From the NCBI RefSeq assembly GCF_009834535.1, contig NC_045698.1, forward strand, positions 13,580,001 through 13,644,000: a stretch of 64,000 nucleotides of DNA. The letters are read 5' to 3'. Source of the stretch: Camelus ferus (lineage: Eukaryota). Positions 38,215 to 49,717 of the stretch are shown here, piece by piece; position 1 is the first letter of the stretch; each line of letters opens with the position of its first letter. The notes under the pieces were generated by a model, which was not told where the DNA came from, did not search any database, and worked only from the letters and a program-made list of their open reading frames with translations. The position numbers and the translations under genes are program-made.

Positions 38215-39010
38215 GAGCAAAATGGTGGTAGATGAATTTCTAGCACACATCCCCTCCCAGAAACATCAACTTGAATAATTATCTGCTCATGTAGGTATCC
38301 CCACAAGATCTAAAGGTTCAAAGTTCCAGGTGAAGAATTGTAGTACCTAAGTGAAACAAAGAGATAAGAAGGGATGCACTGAGGAGGATAGGAAAGGCAG
38401 ATTCACATCACCCCGTCATCTCTTGCCCAAGCCCAAGCAGCCCACCCCGCTGACACCTGTTCGGTGGGAGAAGGAGAGTGAACTGAGCACCTGATTTCAC
38501 CAAAGCCCCCAACACTAGGCTTACCCCTCAGCCCTAGGTGCTTCCTGGAGGGCTCCCGTGAATCCTGGCTCCCAGCACACTCAGGTGCCTGCTAGCTTCT
38601 GTAACCCCAGGCAGCTACGTTGTGCCTCTACCAAACCCAGCTCCAGTGGCACCAGACTCTTGGGTCACCCCAGTGCTGACCAGCTCTCACCGCTCCAGGT
38701 GACTCTTGTGGCCCCAGGGTCCTATCAGTCTCAGCACAAGGTTAATTACTCTGGAACCAGGACCTTGGCACATTCCAACACCAGGGCAGCCCCTGCAGCC
38801 CCAACATCGTGCCTGGATCCCATGGCTCTTGGTCCACCCCACTGCCAGATCCAGCCTTCAGGTGGCCTCTGAGGTCCTCATTTGCAGGATGACTCCTATA
38901 GCCCCAGTGCCAGGCCACCCACATGGCCCCAGCCTCAAGGCCAACTCAGGGAAGCCAGGTCCCAGACTGCCTCAGTACCAGATCAGCTCCCACAGACCCA
39001 GGTACCGGGT
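38215..39010 (+). mobile_element. L1 5' UTR (L1M2/L1M3-like) with degenerate tandem monomers
   Basis: Begins gagcaaaatggtgg (YY1-like L1 start), then cccagaaacatcaacttgaataatt, then C-rich repeats such as ccagggcagcccctgcagcccca and ccaggccacccacatggccccagc. Confidence 0.75.
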
Positions 39011-39316
39011 CATGCATTTTATAACTTCTTGCCACACATATGATTTACTATATGCTATGATTATAACAATTTTTATGTATGAAAAAATCTAAATATTGAT
39101 TGATATCCAAGTGAGGGAAGAAAACTAACTACATTTATTCTTTGTGCATTTCCATATATGTATTTAAAAAAAAAAACCCTCTTTATATTTAACGTAATGA
39201 AAATCTTCTGTTTAACACAATGGTTAAGTCTCATGTTTTGACTAAATCCTAAAACTCCAGATTCCTTAAAACATCTTTGTGCCCTGAGAAGGTTTCAGAA
39301 TAAGTTTTCACATATT

Positions 39317-39779
39317 TGTGGTGGGGCTGAATGATGGCTCCCCAGAAGACATATCTGCATCCTAGTCCCTGGGAGCTGTGAATGTGACCTTGTTTGGATA
39401 AAGACCTTTTGGAGATATAATTAAATTCAGGACCTTGAGATGAGTTCACCCCACATTATCTGAGTGGGTTCTACATCCAATGACAACTGTCCTCAAAACA
39501 GACAGAAGAGGAAAAAACACAGACCACAAAGGAGGAGGCCATGTGAAGACAGAGATAGAAATTAGAATTCTTAGCCACAAGCTAAGGACATTTGGAACCA
39601 TTGGAGGCTGGGAAAGGTGAAAAAGTATCCTCCCTTTGAGCTTTCAGAAGAAACCTGGTCCTGCTGACATGGTCCTGACTTCAAACTATAGACCTCTGGA
39701 GCTATGAAGGCAGCATTTATATGATTTTAAGTCACAGTTCATTGCAAATTGTTAACAACCACCCTAGGAAACCAACCCA
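39317..39779 (+). mobile_element. MaLR solo LTR, MLT1B/C-like, complete
   Basis: TG...CA ends; tgaatgatggctcccc...gtgaatgtgaccttgtttgga...ggccatgtgaagacagag...ctaggaaaccaaccca. Perfect 5-bp TSD atatt at 39312-39316 and 39780-39784. Confidence 0.92.
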
Positions 39780-39849
39780 ATATTGAAAAAATGAAAGTTT
39801 TCATTCTGTTTGTCTTTCATACCTTCTCCTTGAATGAAAATTACCTCAA

Positions 39850-40830
39850 ATTTTTACTTCTAGTAGTGTTGGATTAGGGAATTCAGAAGTACAAAACTCC
39901 TGAGGTCAATTTGAAAAGTGAGGATAAATTATGGGACCAAGGTCTCTTAAGAGATGGAATTACAAAGAAGTTAGCCTAACATTTTGGCGTGTTTATCCCA
40001 GGGAACGTGGGTGGATTGGAGAAAGAAGTACCTGACAGACTACATCAGTGGGTAGAGCTGTTGAATGTGTGCCACGTAGGGACACAAAAACTGGAGTTCA
40101 GATATTGCCAAATAAGTGAATTTTTAGTAAACACATATTTTTAAATTGGGACCCCCAAATGATACCTTCTAAGCTAAAGATAATTTGAAATAATAAAGCC
40201 TTCATAGAAACAAAAGCCAAGACTCAAAATATCTCAATTGCTACAATTAGATTGAAGTGATCAGGGATTGCTAAAATCTTTTATTTCCTGCCAGAAACAG
40301 TCATAAATGCTATCTAGAGAAAAATAGCATAATCCTGAGCTAAGTGTTTCTTCCTTTTTATATATATAAAATCAGTGATTAGTCAAAATATCAGGATTAT
40401 GAAAATATACGAGAATAGAAGAGGAAAACAAATAAACAAAAAAGAATAAAGACCAAAGTTGATCTTAAAATGAATTCTGATAGTGAAGTTATCTTACTTT
40501 TTAAAAATTATCTTATGCAATCTGAAAAAAAAAATGATTAAAAATATCTACAGATAAAATAGCCAAAATAATAGTCTAGAATTTAAAAACCCAATGATCT
40601 AATTAAAAACTTAATAGATAGATTTAATGATTGACCAAGTTTTATTGAAAAGTGATTTCATGAACTGGAATTTAGTTCAGATGAAAATATCCAGAATGAT
40701 CAAAAGTCTTTTTGTGTATTTAAACTTTTCTGCTGTGTGAAGTCATGATAGGGTCCATTGTTCACGTAGACAATGGAGGGAGAAAATAGCAGAGACATGA
40801 AGGGCTTCTGGAATGTTAGAAATGGTCTGT
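39850..40830 (+). mobile_element. Decayed L1ME 5'/ORF1 fragment
   Basis: tcagggattgcta...cctgccagaaaca; ctagaatttaaaaac...aattaaaaacttaatagatagatttaat...tgaactggaa...gaaaatatccagaatga (ORF1-type). Confidence 0.6.
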
Positions 40831-41254
40831 GTGGTCATTGTGTAATTTTTTGTTAATTCTTTCTATATGTCTTTATTTAGCATGCTATTCCCATATACGT
40901 GATGATTCAGTTGCAAAATTTAAGAAAACTGGTCTTTATAAATTCTATTTCCCTCTTTCTTTTAATAGCACCATCCTCATTTCCCTGTGCTCTCTGGAAA
41001 CTCCTCTAAATCTCATAAACCCTACCGCAAACAGGATGGACTATATACAAATTAAAATATGAGTTTCTGTTTAACTCAGGAGGCTTTGAATCATTTAAAC
41101 AATTAAGTTCAATGATATAAATATGTTGTCACTTAAGCAAAGTCACTGGACTCATTGCTTGAGCTCTATATCAATAATCCTCCATCAGCCTTTCCCCTTC
41201 TACAAATACAAAAAAAAAGAAGTCAAGCACTTTGAAGAGAATGTGATTTTACCC

Positions 41255-41970
41255 TGCTAATGAGCTAACAGGCTAGCTTGTCACACTTTCACAGATACTG
41301 GCAGAAGACATAAGACATCTGGTTCAGAAACAATAGATTTTTCATTCACAGTGCAGCTAGCAGCATGCCATCATGTTTGCATCCCTTTGCCTTATTCCCA
41401 GTTCCCATAGGAATGTTTCCCACAGAGCTTCCAAGGTTGACTTTGCACAAACAATGGGTTTGAATCACATCTGAGGAATTGCAAGTTCAGGAAAAACAGT
41501 CTTTGAAGGGATGTGTCTGGAGGGAACTCTAATTCAGAAAGATGACATGCACCCCAATGTTCACAGCAGCACTAAATGTCCATCAACAGATGACTGGATA
41601 AAGAAGTTGTGGCATATATGTATATACACAATGGAATGCTACTCAGCCATAAAAAAGAATAAAATAATGCCATTTGCAGCAACGTGGATGGACCTGGAGA
41701 TCATCATTCTAAGTGAAGTAAGCCAGAAAGAAAAAGAAAAATACTGTATGATATCACTCACAGGTGGAACCTAAAAAAAATGATAATAAATAAGATACAA
41801 ATGCAAGAAAATGTTATCTTTGTTATTATAGCCAGAAAATGAATCTGTTGCCTTCTGCCCTGGAATGAGAACTTACCTCTAGTTTGCCATCCAAATATCC
41901 TTGGAAGGTAGTCTGGAACAAAAGCTCTTACAAGAGGTGTAGAAATCCCATGGAGAATTATGCTCCAATA
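41255..41970 (-). mobile_element. ERVL solo LTR (MER74/MER73/LTR53 group), split by an L1 fragment
   Basis: gctagcttgtca...tactggcagaagacataagacatctggttcagaaacaatagatttttcattcacag matches the recalled antisense motif of this group. It resumes after ~41802 and ends catggagaattatgctccaata. Confidence 0.7.
41508..41803 (+). mobile_element. Internal L1 fragment encoding the ORF2 C-terminus remnant
   Basis: ORF 41511-41774 contains WIKKLW..YTME.YSAIKKNKIMPFAATWMDLEIIILSEVSQKEK, the conserved end of mammalian L1 ORF2p. Confidence 0.92.
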
Positions 41971-44469
41971 ATAAATACACGGTATTCTTCCTCATCTGTT
42001 TTTTTTCTCTTTAGTCTCATTGTGCCTTTAGGAATTAATCTGACATAAAAATTATTTACAAATAATAATTTGAAAATACATTTGCAAAAGTCTATCTTAG
42101 TTGTTTATAACTCATGAATACAGGTGAAAAATCAATAAATTATGTGTTTCAGAAAAAAAGCAATCTTCTAAATCTTCTAGGCCTGCTATTTATAAAAACA
42201 TCAATTAGAAAAAAAAATTCCTCTTGCCAAGACTTCTCTATCAATATATTCCTTAATTTTCAAAATTTCTTTAATATTCATAACTTATTTTAATTAATAC
42301 TTCAAGATTGAAAAGAATAATCTATTGACTAGTTGTATGATTAAATATTTAGCTCTTAAGCTTCTCCAGTAAGTATATGCTTTTGATCTCATCTTCTCCG
42401 TGTGAGTTATTTTCATAAATTTAGTTAATACGATAGGTATCATTACCAAAAAACAGAAAACAACAATGCAGAGCACTGTGCTATTTCTATGAATGCACTT
42501 CATGATAAAGGTACTATTAATATACATATAAGGAAACCAAGGCCCAGTTTATAAATTGCAGAGTAGACGCCATCCACATCCTCTAGTACCATTACCTGTG
42601 CAAGTATGCTGTGATATGCTGCCTCCAAACCATTGTTCACAGCTAAGCCAGTCATTACTCTGTTCCTGATCTTTCTTCCTCTTAGACTTTATTTTGCTGG
42701 AGCTAATACTTCCCTTGTATTTTCCATTTTGTTAGATTTCTGTATACTTATTCCTGTGTTAATTTCATATTACGCTCTTAATAGATTCTTGACGCAATAT
42801 CTACTTAATGTAATATTATTTTTCTTGTAGACGTCCTTTTCACAGCCCTACCACTTTCTGATTTTATCTGAACTCCTGACTCCTTGGTTGGGTGGAGATT
42901 TAACCTCGTAGTACTTTCCATGACTACTCTGCTGGGCTAAACTTCTTTATCATCTTCATATGTCCACCTCTTCTTTTGCAGTTTCATCATTTAGTGGGAG
43001 CACATCCTCTGTGCTCTCCTTCATTAAAAATGATATTCAAGATTGTGAGACTTTAGCTTAATAAATATGACTTTGTAGAATATATTTCAAAGATCCCTTA
43101 TGTAACTTTTCTCTGGGCCAAACTTCTGCTCCCTGATCACTTGTAAATATCATTTTAGTTTCTAAAAAATAAACATGAAGCATATATATATATATAGCTT
43201 ATCATGCTCCACCAAATAACTAATAATTAATGCAACTAAATTGCCCAGGAAAACAGCATTTAGATTTGAAACATCTAGATGTTTTTCTGTTGAGGGATTA
43301 TGAATTACGGTGTCAGAAGAAAATAGAGAATATTTTATTGTGTGTTTTTATTTGGATTTTTACCCATTGATTGTTTCATCATTTGTCTTGTGACAAGGGC
43401 ATCATGGAATCATAGAGAAATGAGAAATTACTTGATGCACTGCTGGTACTTTATAAGAGACATTAAGCCACCAGAGAAATGGAGCTATGTGAAGGTCAGA
43501 ACAAACATCTTTCAATTTGATAATCTATTCATACTTACAGTGCTGGAAGAAACCATTAAATAAAGATATAAAAGTTTTTGAAAATGCCATTTGATTTAGA
43601 TGAAATTGCACTGACATATACTTTCACATGATACATAGACTCTTCTTCAAGAGATATTTATGAATGAGTTGTGAAATGTCATCACTTGCACACAAAGTTC
43701 GGTGCAATCTTTCAAATATTCAACTTTTCCATTAAAGTTAATTGGAATATCCAGACTCCACTTCCTGGTGTGGCAATATTTGATGTGTTGTACTTTTTTC
43801 ACTCAATTTTTCCAGATAAAAACAGTTCTTTGATTTTTATTTCAGTTTCAAACTATGAAGTCAGTTTCAGTCTACAGGAATAGCATTTGAGAAGTGGGCT
43901 TTTTCTTGACAGATTAGAAAATAATGCATTGGTAGAACAGACATTAATTTTGAATTCTCTGGTAACCGATTTATTTCTTAGAAATTATGAAAAGAAATGT
44001 ATTGGATCCCATTAAGTCTGTTTTCATTAAAGATTCATCTTTCTCTCAATAGGATACAAAATAATACTTCTGAGTGTCTTCCTTAAACAAAGGCTTTATA
44101 AATACTGTCATTTAATCCACACTACTACCCTTGTCAATACATTTTATTGCCAGCATTAAAAAAAATAAGAACACTGACATTCAGACAAAAGTAATTTATC
44201 AAATTCAAATACCAGGTAAGCCAGGGAGGGAAAATTTAAAACACCATCTCTCTAAATCCAACCCCATACTGCTTTCTCAGCTTTACGTGATAATAACAAT
44301 ATGTGCTTTGAATGTCTCAAAAGATTTCATTTTTCAATGCTTAGTACAATGCTCTGACACAGTTTCATTAAATGCACACTGACTGAATGTCTGTCTTAAA
44401 AAACCATCATTAGGAGTTCTTAAGTGATGTAATGATATTCAGAATTCATGAGTCAAATATTGTTGCTGT

Positions 44470-44620
44470 TTAATCCTTATTATATTTAATTCTTTCATCA
44501 ATACTTGAAGGTTAGGCTTTATTTCTCATTTTACATTTACATGAAAGGAAGTCTGGGAATTTCAAATGTTTTAATTTACTTAATAAACAATTTAAGTTCT
44601 AGATATTGTGCTAAGACCAA
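44470..44620 (-). mobile_element. MIR SINE fragment
   Basis: tatttaattctttcatcaatacttgaaggttaggctttatttctcattttaca. Confidence 0.6.
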
Positions 44621-45002
44621 GGGAGGTATTTGGGAAAATGATGTTCTCTGCACATGAATCCCACAGTCAAATAAAGAAGAAGGCACTGTTTTTAAAATCA
44701 TATGAATAAATTTAAAGTGACTCATAGTCCTTTGAAGCAAATGCCAATTGTGCTTTTTTAAACATTGGTAATGGAAGATCTAACCTAACTTAGATACACC
44801 CTACATATGCTAGGAGTTCTGGTGAGCTGGCACGAGATTTTATTCTGAACCTCCAACTTCCTTTTCTGGACTCTTATTTCTCTGGTTCCTTCTCAAAATA
44901 TGCAGTGTATGATTCCTACAATAAATTGCTTATTCCTTAAATCTGTTTCCCTGATTGGATCCTGATACATACATGATGCCCAAATATCCCTGCAAGTTAC
45001 TT

Positions 45003-45013
45003 TTATAAAAATT

Positions 45014-45088
<75 letters not shown>

Positions 45089-45257
45089 TTTGTTTGTTTG
45101 TTTGTTTGTTTGTTTATTTTCAACTACTTTTCCCCACCTTGGGGAGAGGTAATTAGGTTTATTTACTTTAATTATTATTATTATTTTTTTAGTGGAGGTA
45201 CTGGGGAGTGAGCCAGGCTAAGTACACGCTCTACCACTGGAGCTATACCCTCCTCCC
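45003..45257 (-). mobile_element. tRNA-derived SINE (Vic-1-like) with microsatellite tail
   Basis: Minus strand gggaggagggtatagctccagtggtagagcgtgtacttagc...tccccagtacctccact...aaacctaattacctctcccc. TSD gcaagttactt (44992-45002) / gcaagttgctt (45259-45269). Confidence 0.9.
45012..45119. repeat. Compound (TTTA)n(CTTA)n(TTTG)n microsatellite
   Basis: Seen directly; forms the SINE tail. Confidence 0.95.
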
Positions 45258-45344
45258 AGCAAGTTGCTTCCTAACATCAAAGGGAAAAACCTACTTCTCT
45301 CATTGAAATGACAGCATCAATTTTATTTCTCTTTGTGTGTGTGT

Positions 45345-45730
45345 GTTTTACTTTTCATTTACAGATAATTGTAGACATACAAAACAGTTGCAAAAATAGT
45401 ATGAAAAGCGGCTCTATCCTTTACCCAACTTCCCCTGGTGGTAACATCTTACATAGCCATGTTAAAGTGTCGAAAATCAGGAAATTAAAATTGGTGCAAT
45501 TCTGGTAACTGGACCACAGAAATTATTCAAATGTCACTACTTTTCCCCCAATGTCATTTTTTTTTCTGTCCAAAGATCTAATCTGGGATCCCACACTGCA
45601 TTTCGATATCCTATGACTTTAGTCTCCTTACTCTCCCCTTGACTTTTGTGGCATTGACACTTTGAAGAGTACTGATGAGTTACTTTGAGAACAGCCTTCA
45701 ATCTGGGTTTGTCTTAGTTTTCTCATGTCA
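45345..45730 (-). mobile_element. L1MB/MC 3' end
   Basis: agataattgtagacatacaaaacagttgcaaaaatagt...ttacccaacttcccctggtggtaacatcttacatag...gacactttgaagagtactga. Confidence 0.85.
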
Positions 45731-45869
45731 GTCTCATTTCTTCTTTTGTCTGCCATACTTCTCACTAATTTGACTCCAGCTACACGAGTCTCTCTCTCCA
45801 TAAGTCTCTCTCTCTTCCTCTTTTCTCTCTCTCCCACTCTCTTTCTCTTTCTAAGACCTCAAACGTGTC

Positions 45870-46090
45870 TCTGTACCTGGTATTTTGAATTTACTCTTCT
45901 CCTCCCTAGAATATTTTCTCTGAGGGTCTTCAAATATATGAACCCTTTTCATCTGTCAGGTCTCCCTGGAGATGCAGACCTATACAGAGAGTCCCTCCTT
46001 CACTCCTGTATCCAAACGTTGCCCCCGCCCTGTTCCTCCATGTTGCATTTAATGTTTGTTTCCTTTTACAAACATTGCAATGAATGGCCA
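45870..46090 (+). mobile_element. L2 fragment
   Basis: tactcttctcctccctagaatattttct...catctgtcaggtctc...cagagagtccctcctt. Confidence 0.55.
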
Positions 46091-46189
46091 TTTTATTTGG
46101 TTAAGAGACACTTCAACTTGCAAAGAAATCATTATTTGCATTTGTTAAAATGGTAAGGAAGACTTTATTCAAGGCCGTTAAATAAGACT

Positions 46190-46590
46190 ATGGCAAGAAG
46201 AAATCAAATAGATTCTCTCTGGCTGGCCCTGAAGAAGGTAACTAACTTCCACATTATAATCTATGGAAGACAAAAAATCTCCGAGGAACCTAAAGCTGCT
46301 GATAGCATCCCTGGCTCCCTTACAGATGGTAAGAAATCAAGGACTGCAGTCCTACAAAAGCAAAAAGTGACTTCTGTCAATGACCTGAATGACCTTGGAA
46401 GAAAGCCTCAGACCTCAGATTAGAATGAACAACCACACTATTTTGATTGCAATTTCATAAGATTTAAGCAGAGAACCCACTGCAGCTGTGTCCACACTTC
46501 CGACCTACAGAAAATGAGATAATAAACGGGTGTTTTTTGAAACCATTAAATTGTTGAAAATGTGCTGTCCAGCAGTAAGAAACCATTACA
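46190..46590 (+). mobile_element. MaLR LTR, MLT1E/F-like
   Basis: ctggctggccctgaagaag; aagaaatcaaggactgcagtcctaca; acctgaatgaccttggaag; gcagagaaccca...ccgacctacagaaaatgagataataaacgggtg...agcagtaagaaaccattaca. Confidence 0.85.
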
Positions 46591-47329
46591 CATAAAATTT
46601 TCACATTTATTTTCTTCCACCACTTTAAGTGAAATAATTTAACTAATTATTATAGAATTCATGGCAAAGTTAAACCTTTGTTTTTTTTTTTACATTTACA
46701 TTGTTTTTTTTGAAACATTTCCTTGCATTGAAGAGAATTGTAAAAAATTATTTATTTTCATGTCCATCCTATTTCCTTGCAATATAGAGTGAATTTGAAA
46801 GATGGACAATCATCTCTTTTTGGTTAACAGGATTATCCAGACAGCAAGTTAAAGACTTTTTGCTCTACCGGATAACTTGCTTTTAGGAAGACATTATGTT
46901 GTTCACGCTGCGCGAATTTCCAGCTCTCAGACTGACATACTTCAGGTAATAAGTGTGAGGTCTGAACTACACATGCCGTCTCCTGTAGATGTTTAGTGTG
47001 ACTCGGATTCTCATATTTAATCAAATCCGGGGCACTGTCAAAACATTTACTCAATTTTCAAGGCAAAAGGTTTAATCCCATACTGTGTCAAATTGACCAA
47101 ATTTAATGCTTTCTTGCAAGGCTTCTTCCTGGCCACTTATATCAGGTAATACTTCCTTCCTGAAAAATGTGTCTTTTAAGGAGTTGATGACTCTAAGATT
47201 TCCAAAGGAAGTATCTATATCTCATTCAGTCAACAAAATCTTTTTGAATTAATGAATGAGCTTATCAATTAGTTTAAAACTCGATTTTTTAAGAATTAGA
47301 TTTTAACTTTACACTAACCAAAAATGTCT

Positions 47330-47364
<35 letters not shown>
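47330..47364. repeat. (TA)n(TATG)n microsatellite
   Basis: tatatatatatatatatatatatgtatgtatgtat. Confidence 0.95.
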
Positions 47365-47744
47365 TTACTCAGTAGCCATATCTTCACAACATTTTGATAG
47401 AATCTTGGTTCCTTTTAGGTTAAGCATCTGAAGAAACATAAAGTTCTATATGTGTCTGACCATTTTATTTTGTTTAGATATTAAATTATTAGTGTTAAAT
47501 ACATTTGCTTTGTATTTATTTATAGAACATATTCTCCAATAATATATTTTCATGTGTTCTAACCCTAATTCAAAAAACTTGAAAAAAATGTGAAATTATC
47601 ACCTTATATGATATCAACTATAAAATTTAGAGCCTCATTACTTGCTGTTATTTTGTATTATCTACTAAACATAATGTTGAATTATCCTGTTGAAACAACA
47701 GTGACATTAAAATCAAAAATATTCATGGAGAAACCTTCTTTATT

Positions 47745-49150
47745 TAACTAACCAGGTAGAGTTCTATGTAAAGGACCAGGGATAAATAGATAATTACAGT
47801 TCCCTTTCAAAACTACAGAAAGCACGTAAGAGGAATTGCAGGTCATGTGAATGGTGGTAGGTTCTATGATGAAACTGAAAAAAAGAAATTTGGAAAAGTA
47901 GAGAGCGAAAGTCTGGAGGGTGTAATTTTTGATAGAACGACCAGGCACCTCATTAAGATGACATCTGAGTAAGGCTTCAAAGAGATGGGGAGGTGGGGGT
48001 GTTGCACCAAGTGGATATCTGATGAAGATCCTTCACAGAAAAGGGCATTAAAAACAGTAGGTATACATACTGTGACTGAAGAGCCAGGTGGGGACTGCGG
48101 GGAATGAGATCTCAAAAGTAACAGGAACCAGACATCATAGGATTTTGTATTTTACTTTGCAGAAGTGGGGGCCATCAAATGGTTTTCAGGACACAAATGA
48201 ATTGATACGACCAACTTTTTAAATAAACACTGTGGCCACTGTGTGGGGAATACACTCTAAAGAGTTAGGGAGCAATTAGAAAGCCACCGCAACTACCCAG
48301 GAAAGAAAGAGATGATTGCATTTGACCCAGGACATTTGTACTACAAGCTGTTGAATTCTGATTATTTTAATGCAGAATCAACACATTTGCTGATACATTG
48401 AATACAGGATGAAAGAAAAAGAACAGATTAGAACTGACTATATTTGATTTAAACTACTGAAAGGATCAGTGTGCTGTTTTTCTAACAGTGTGGGAGAACC
48501 AGAGTTTTGGGGCTGAAAAGATAAAGAATTTAGTTTGGGACATTATGTTTGGAATAATGGCTATATATCCTCATGAGAACTCTAAGAAGGAATTCAGTGG
48601 AAAGTTCTCAGATGGAAATATACATAAAAGAGTGGTCAACCTAGAGGAGGCATTTAAACTCAAAATGGATGAAACCAGCTATAGAGTAGGTACAGTATAT
48701 GTGGAAAAGTTGACCCTAGACAGATGCACACACTGTGTGCCCATGGTAACAGGAAGGATGGCAAAGTTTATGGGCACAGGTGTAGTTCATTGAATGTTTG
48801 GGACAATGGGAGCTTATGGAAGTTCTTTTCGGATGCTTCAGTTTACTCAATAAAATAAAAAGAAAGGGGAGTATCTGGGCCTCAGTATGGAGTTTGGAGG
48901 GTTGGAGGGAAGGTAATAGACTAACAGTATGTTTTAACAACTCACTTGAGATAAATTATCATTGAATGACACCAGCTAATATGGTTACATGCTTTTCACC
49001 AGTCAGATCCCACTGTACTGAAGGAAAATTCTGAGAGAGGGATTTAGCTAGGATTGATTTTTTTTTGCCATAGGATTACAATGAAACGAACAAGATACAA
49101 ATGAGTTGGAACCTTGTGCCTTTTTAAAATATAAAAGTGACACTGAAAGT
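47745..49150 (-). mobile_element. L2a-like LINE, 3' region
   Basis: cctcattaagatgacatctgagtaagg; acatttgctgatacattgaat; aagaatttagtttgggacattatgttt; ggatgcttcagtttactcaataaaata. Confidence 0.8.
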
Positions 49151-49158
49151 GAGCTAGG

Positions 49159-49717
49159 TGAGAATCCTGCCAGACCCAATCTCTTAGCAATTGCCACTTG
49201 ATAAGCAATGAGAGTTCTTGGCTAATTCCACAATTTTACATAGTAGGCATTAAGAAAAAAGCCTTTTATTGAAGGAATTTACAAGTCAGGGTCAACTACA
49301 AAGGCGAGACTTAGGTCTTAGGCTCTTATTATCATCAGAAAGACACAAGCAAGGGCCAGCGTGTGCTGACGAACCAATAGCATGGGTTTGCATTCCAGAA
49401 AAAGGAACCCAGTCTCTGCTTCCTTTCCCTTCTCTTAGCTCAAAAAAATAGTGACTTTGTCAGTGTGGACAAATATACTAATGAGGGAACATAAATCTTG
49501 ACTTAGGTGATGGCTGCCCTGCTTCTGTGGACTTAACACACCTGTCTGGAGTTGGATTTAGGTGCATAGAGTTGGAGGAAGAAGTCTCTAGTCATGTGGG
49601 AAACTAGCTTGCGGTAGCCCCCTTTTCAAGGAGAACTGAAGTGCTCCCAACTAGCTCATTGTCCAGGCAACCCAGATAAATTTCCATGGTCATATTTGGG
49701 CAGCCCTGCTTGTCACA
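49159..49717 (-). mobile_element. ERV solo LTR inserted in L2
   Basis: TG...CA ends; tttattgaaggaatttacaag (antisense AATAAA) at ~49265; L2-like sequence on both flanks. Confidence 0.6.

Noticed and set aside
38558..39092. Overlapping Pro-rich ORFs and a possible CpG island
   Set aside because: They lie in a GC-rich L1 5' UTR where stop codons are scarce, and CpG is depleted.
41511..41774. 87-aa ORF as a host gene
   Set aside because: It is the C-terminus of L1 ORF2p within a truncated, internally deleted fragment.
45725..46156. Longest ORF (143 aa) with a hydrophobic, signal-like start
   Set aside because: It runs through a (CT)-rich tract, L2 and LTR fragments, so the hydrophobicity comes from pyrimidine low complexity.
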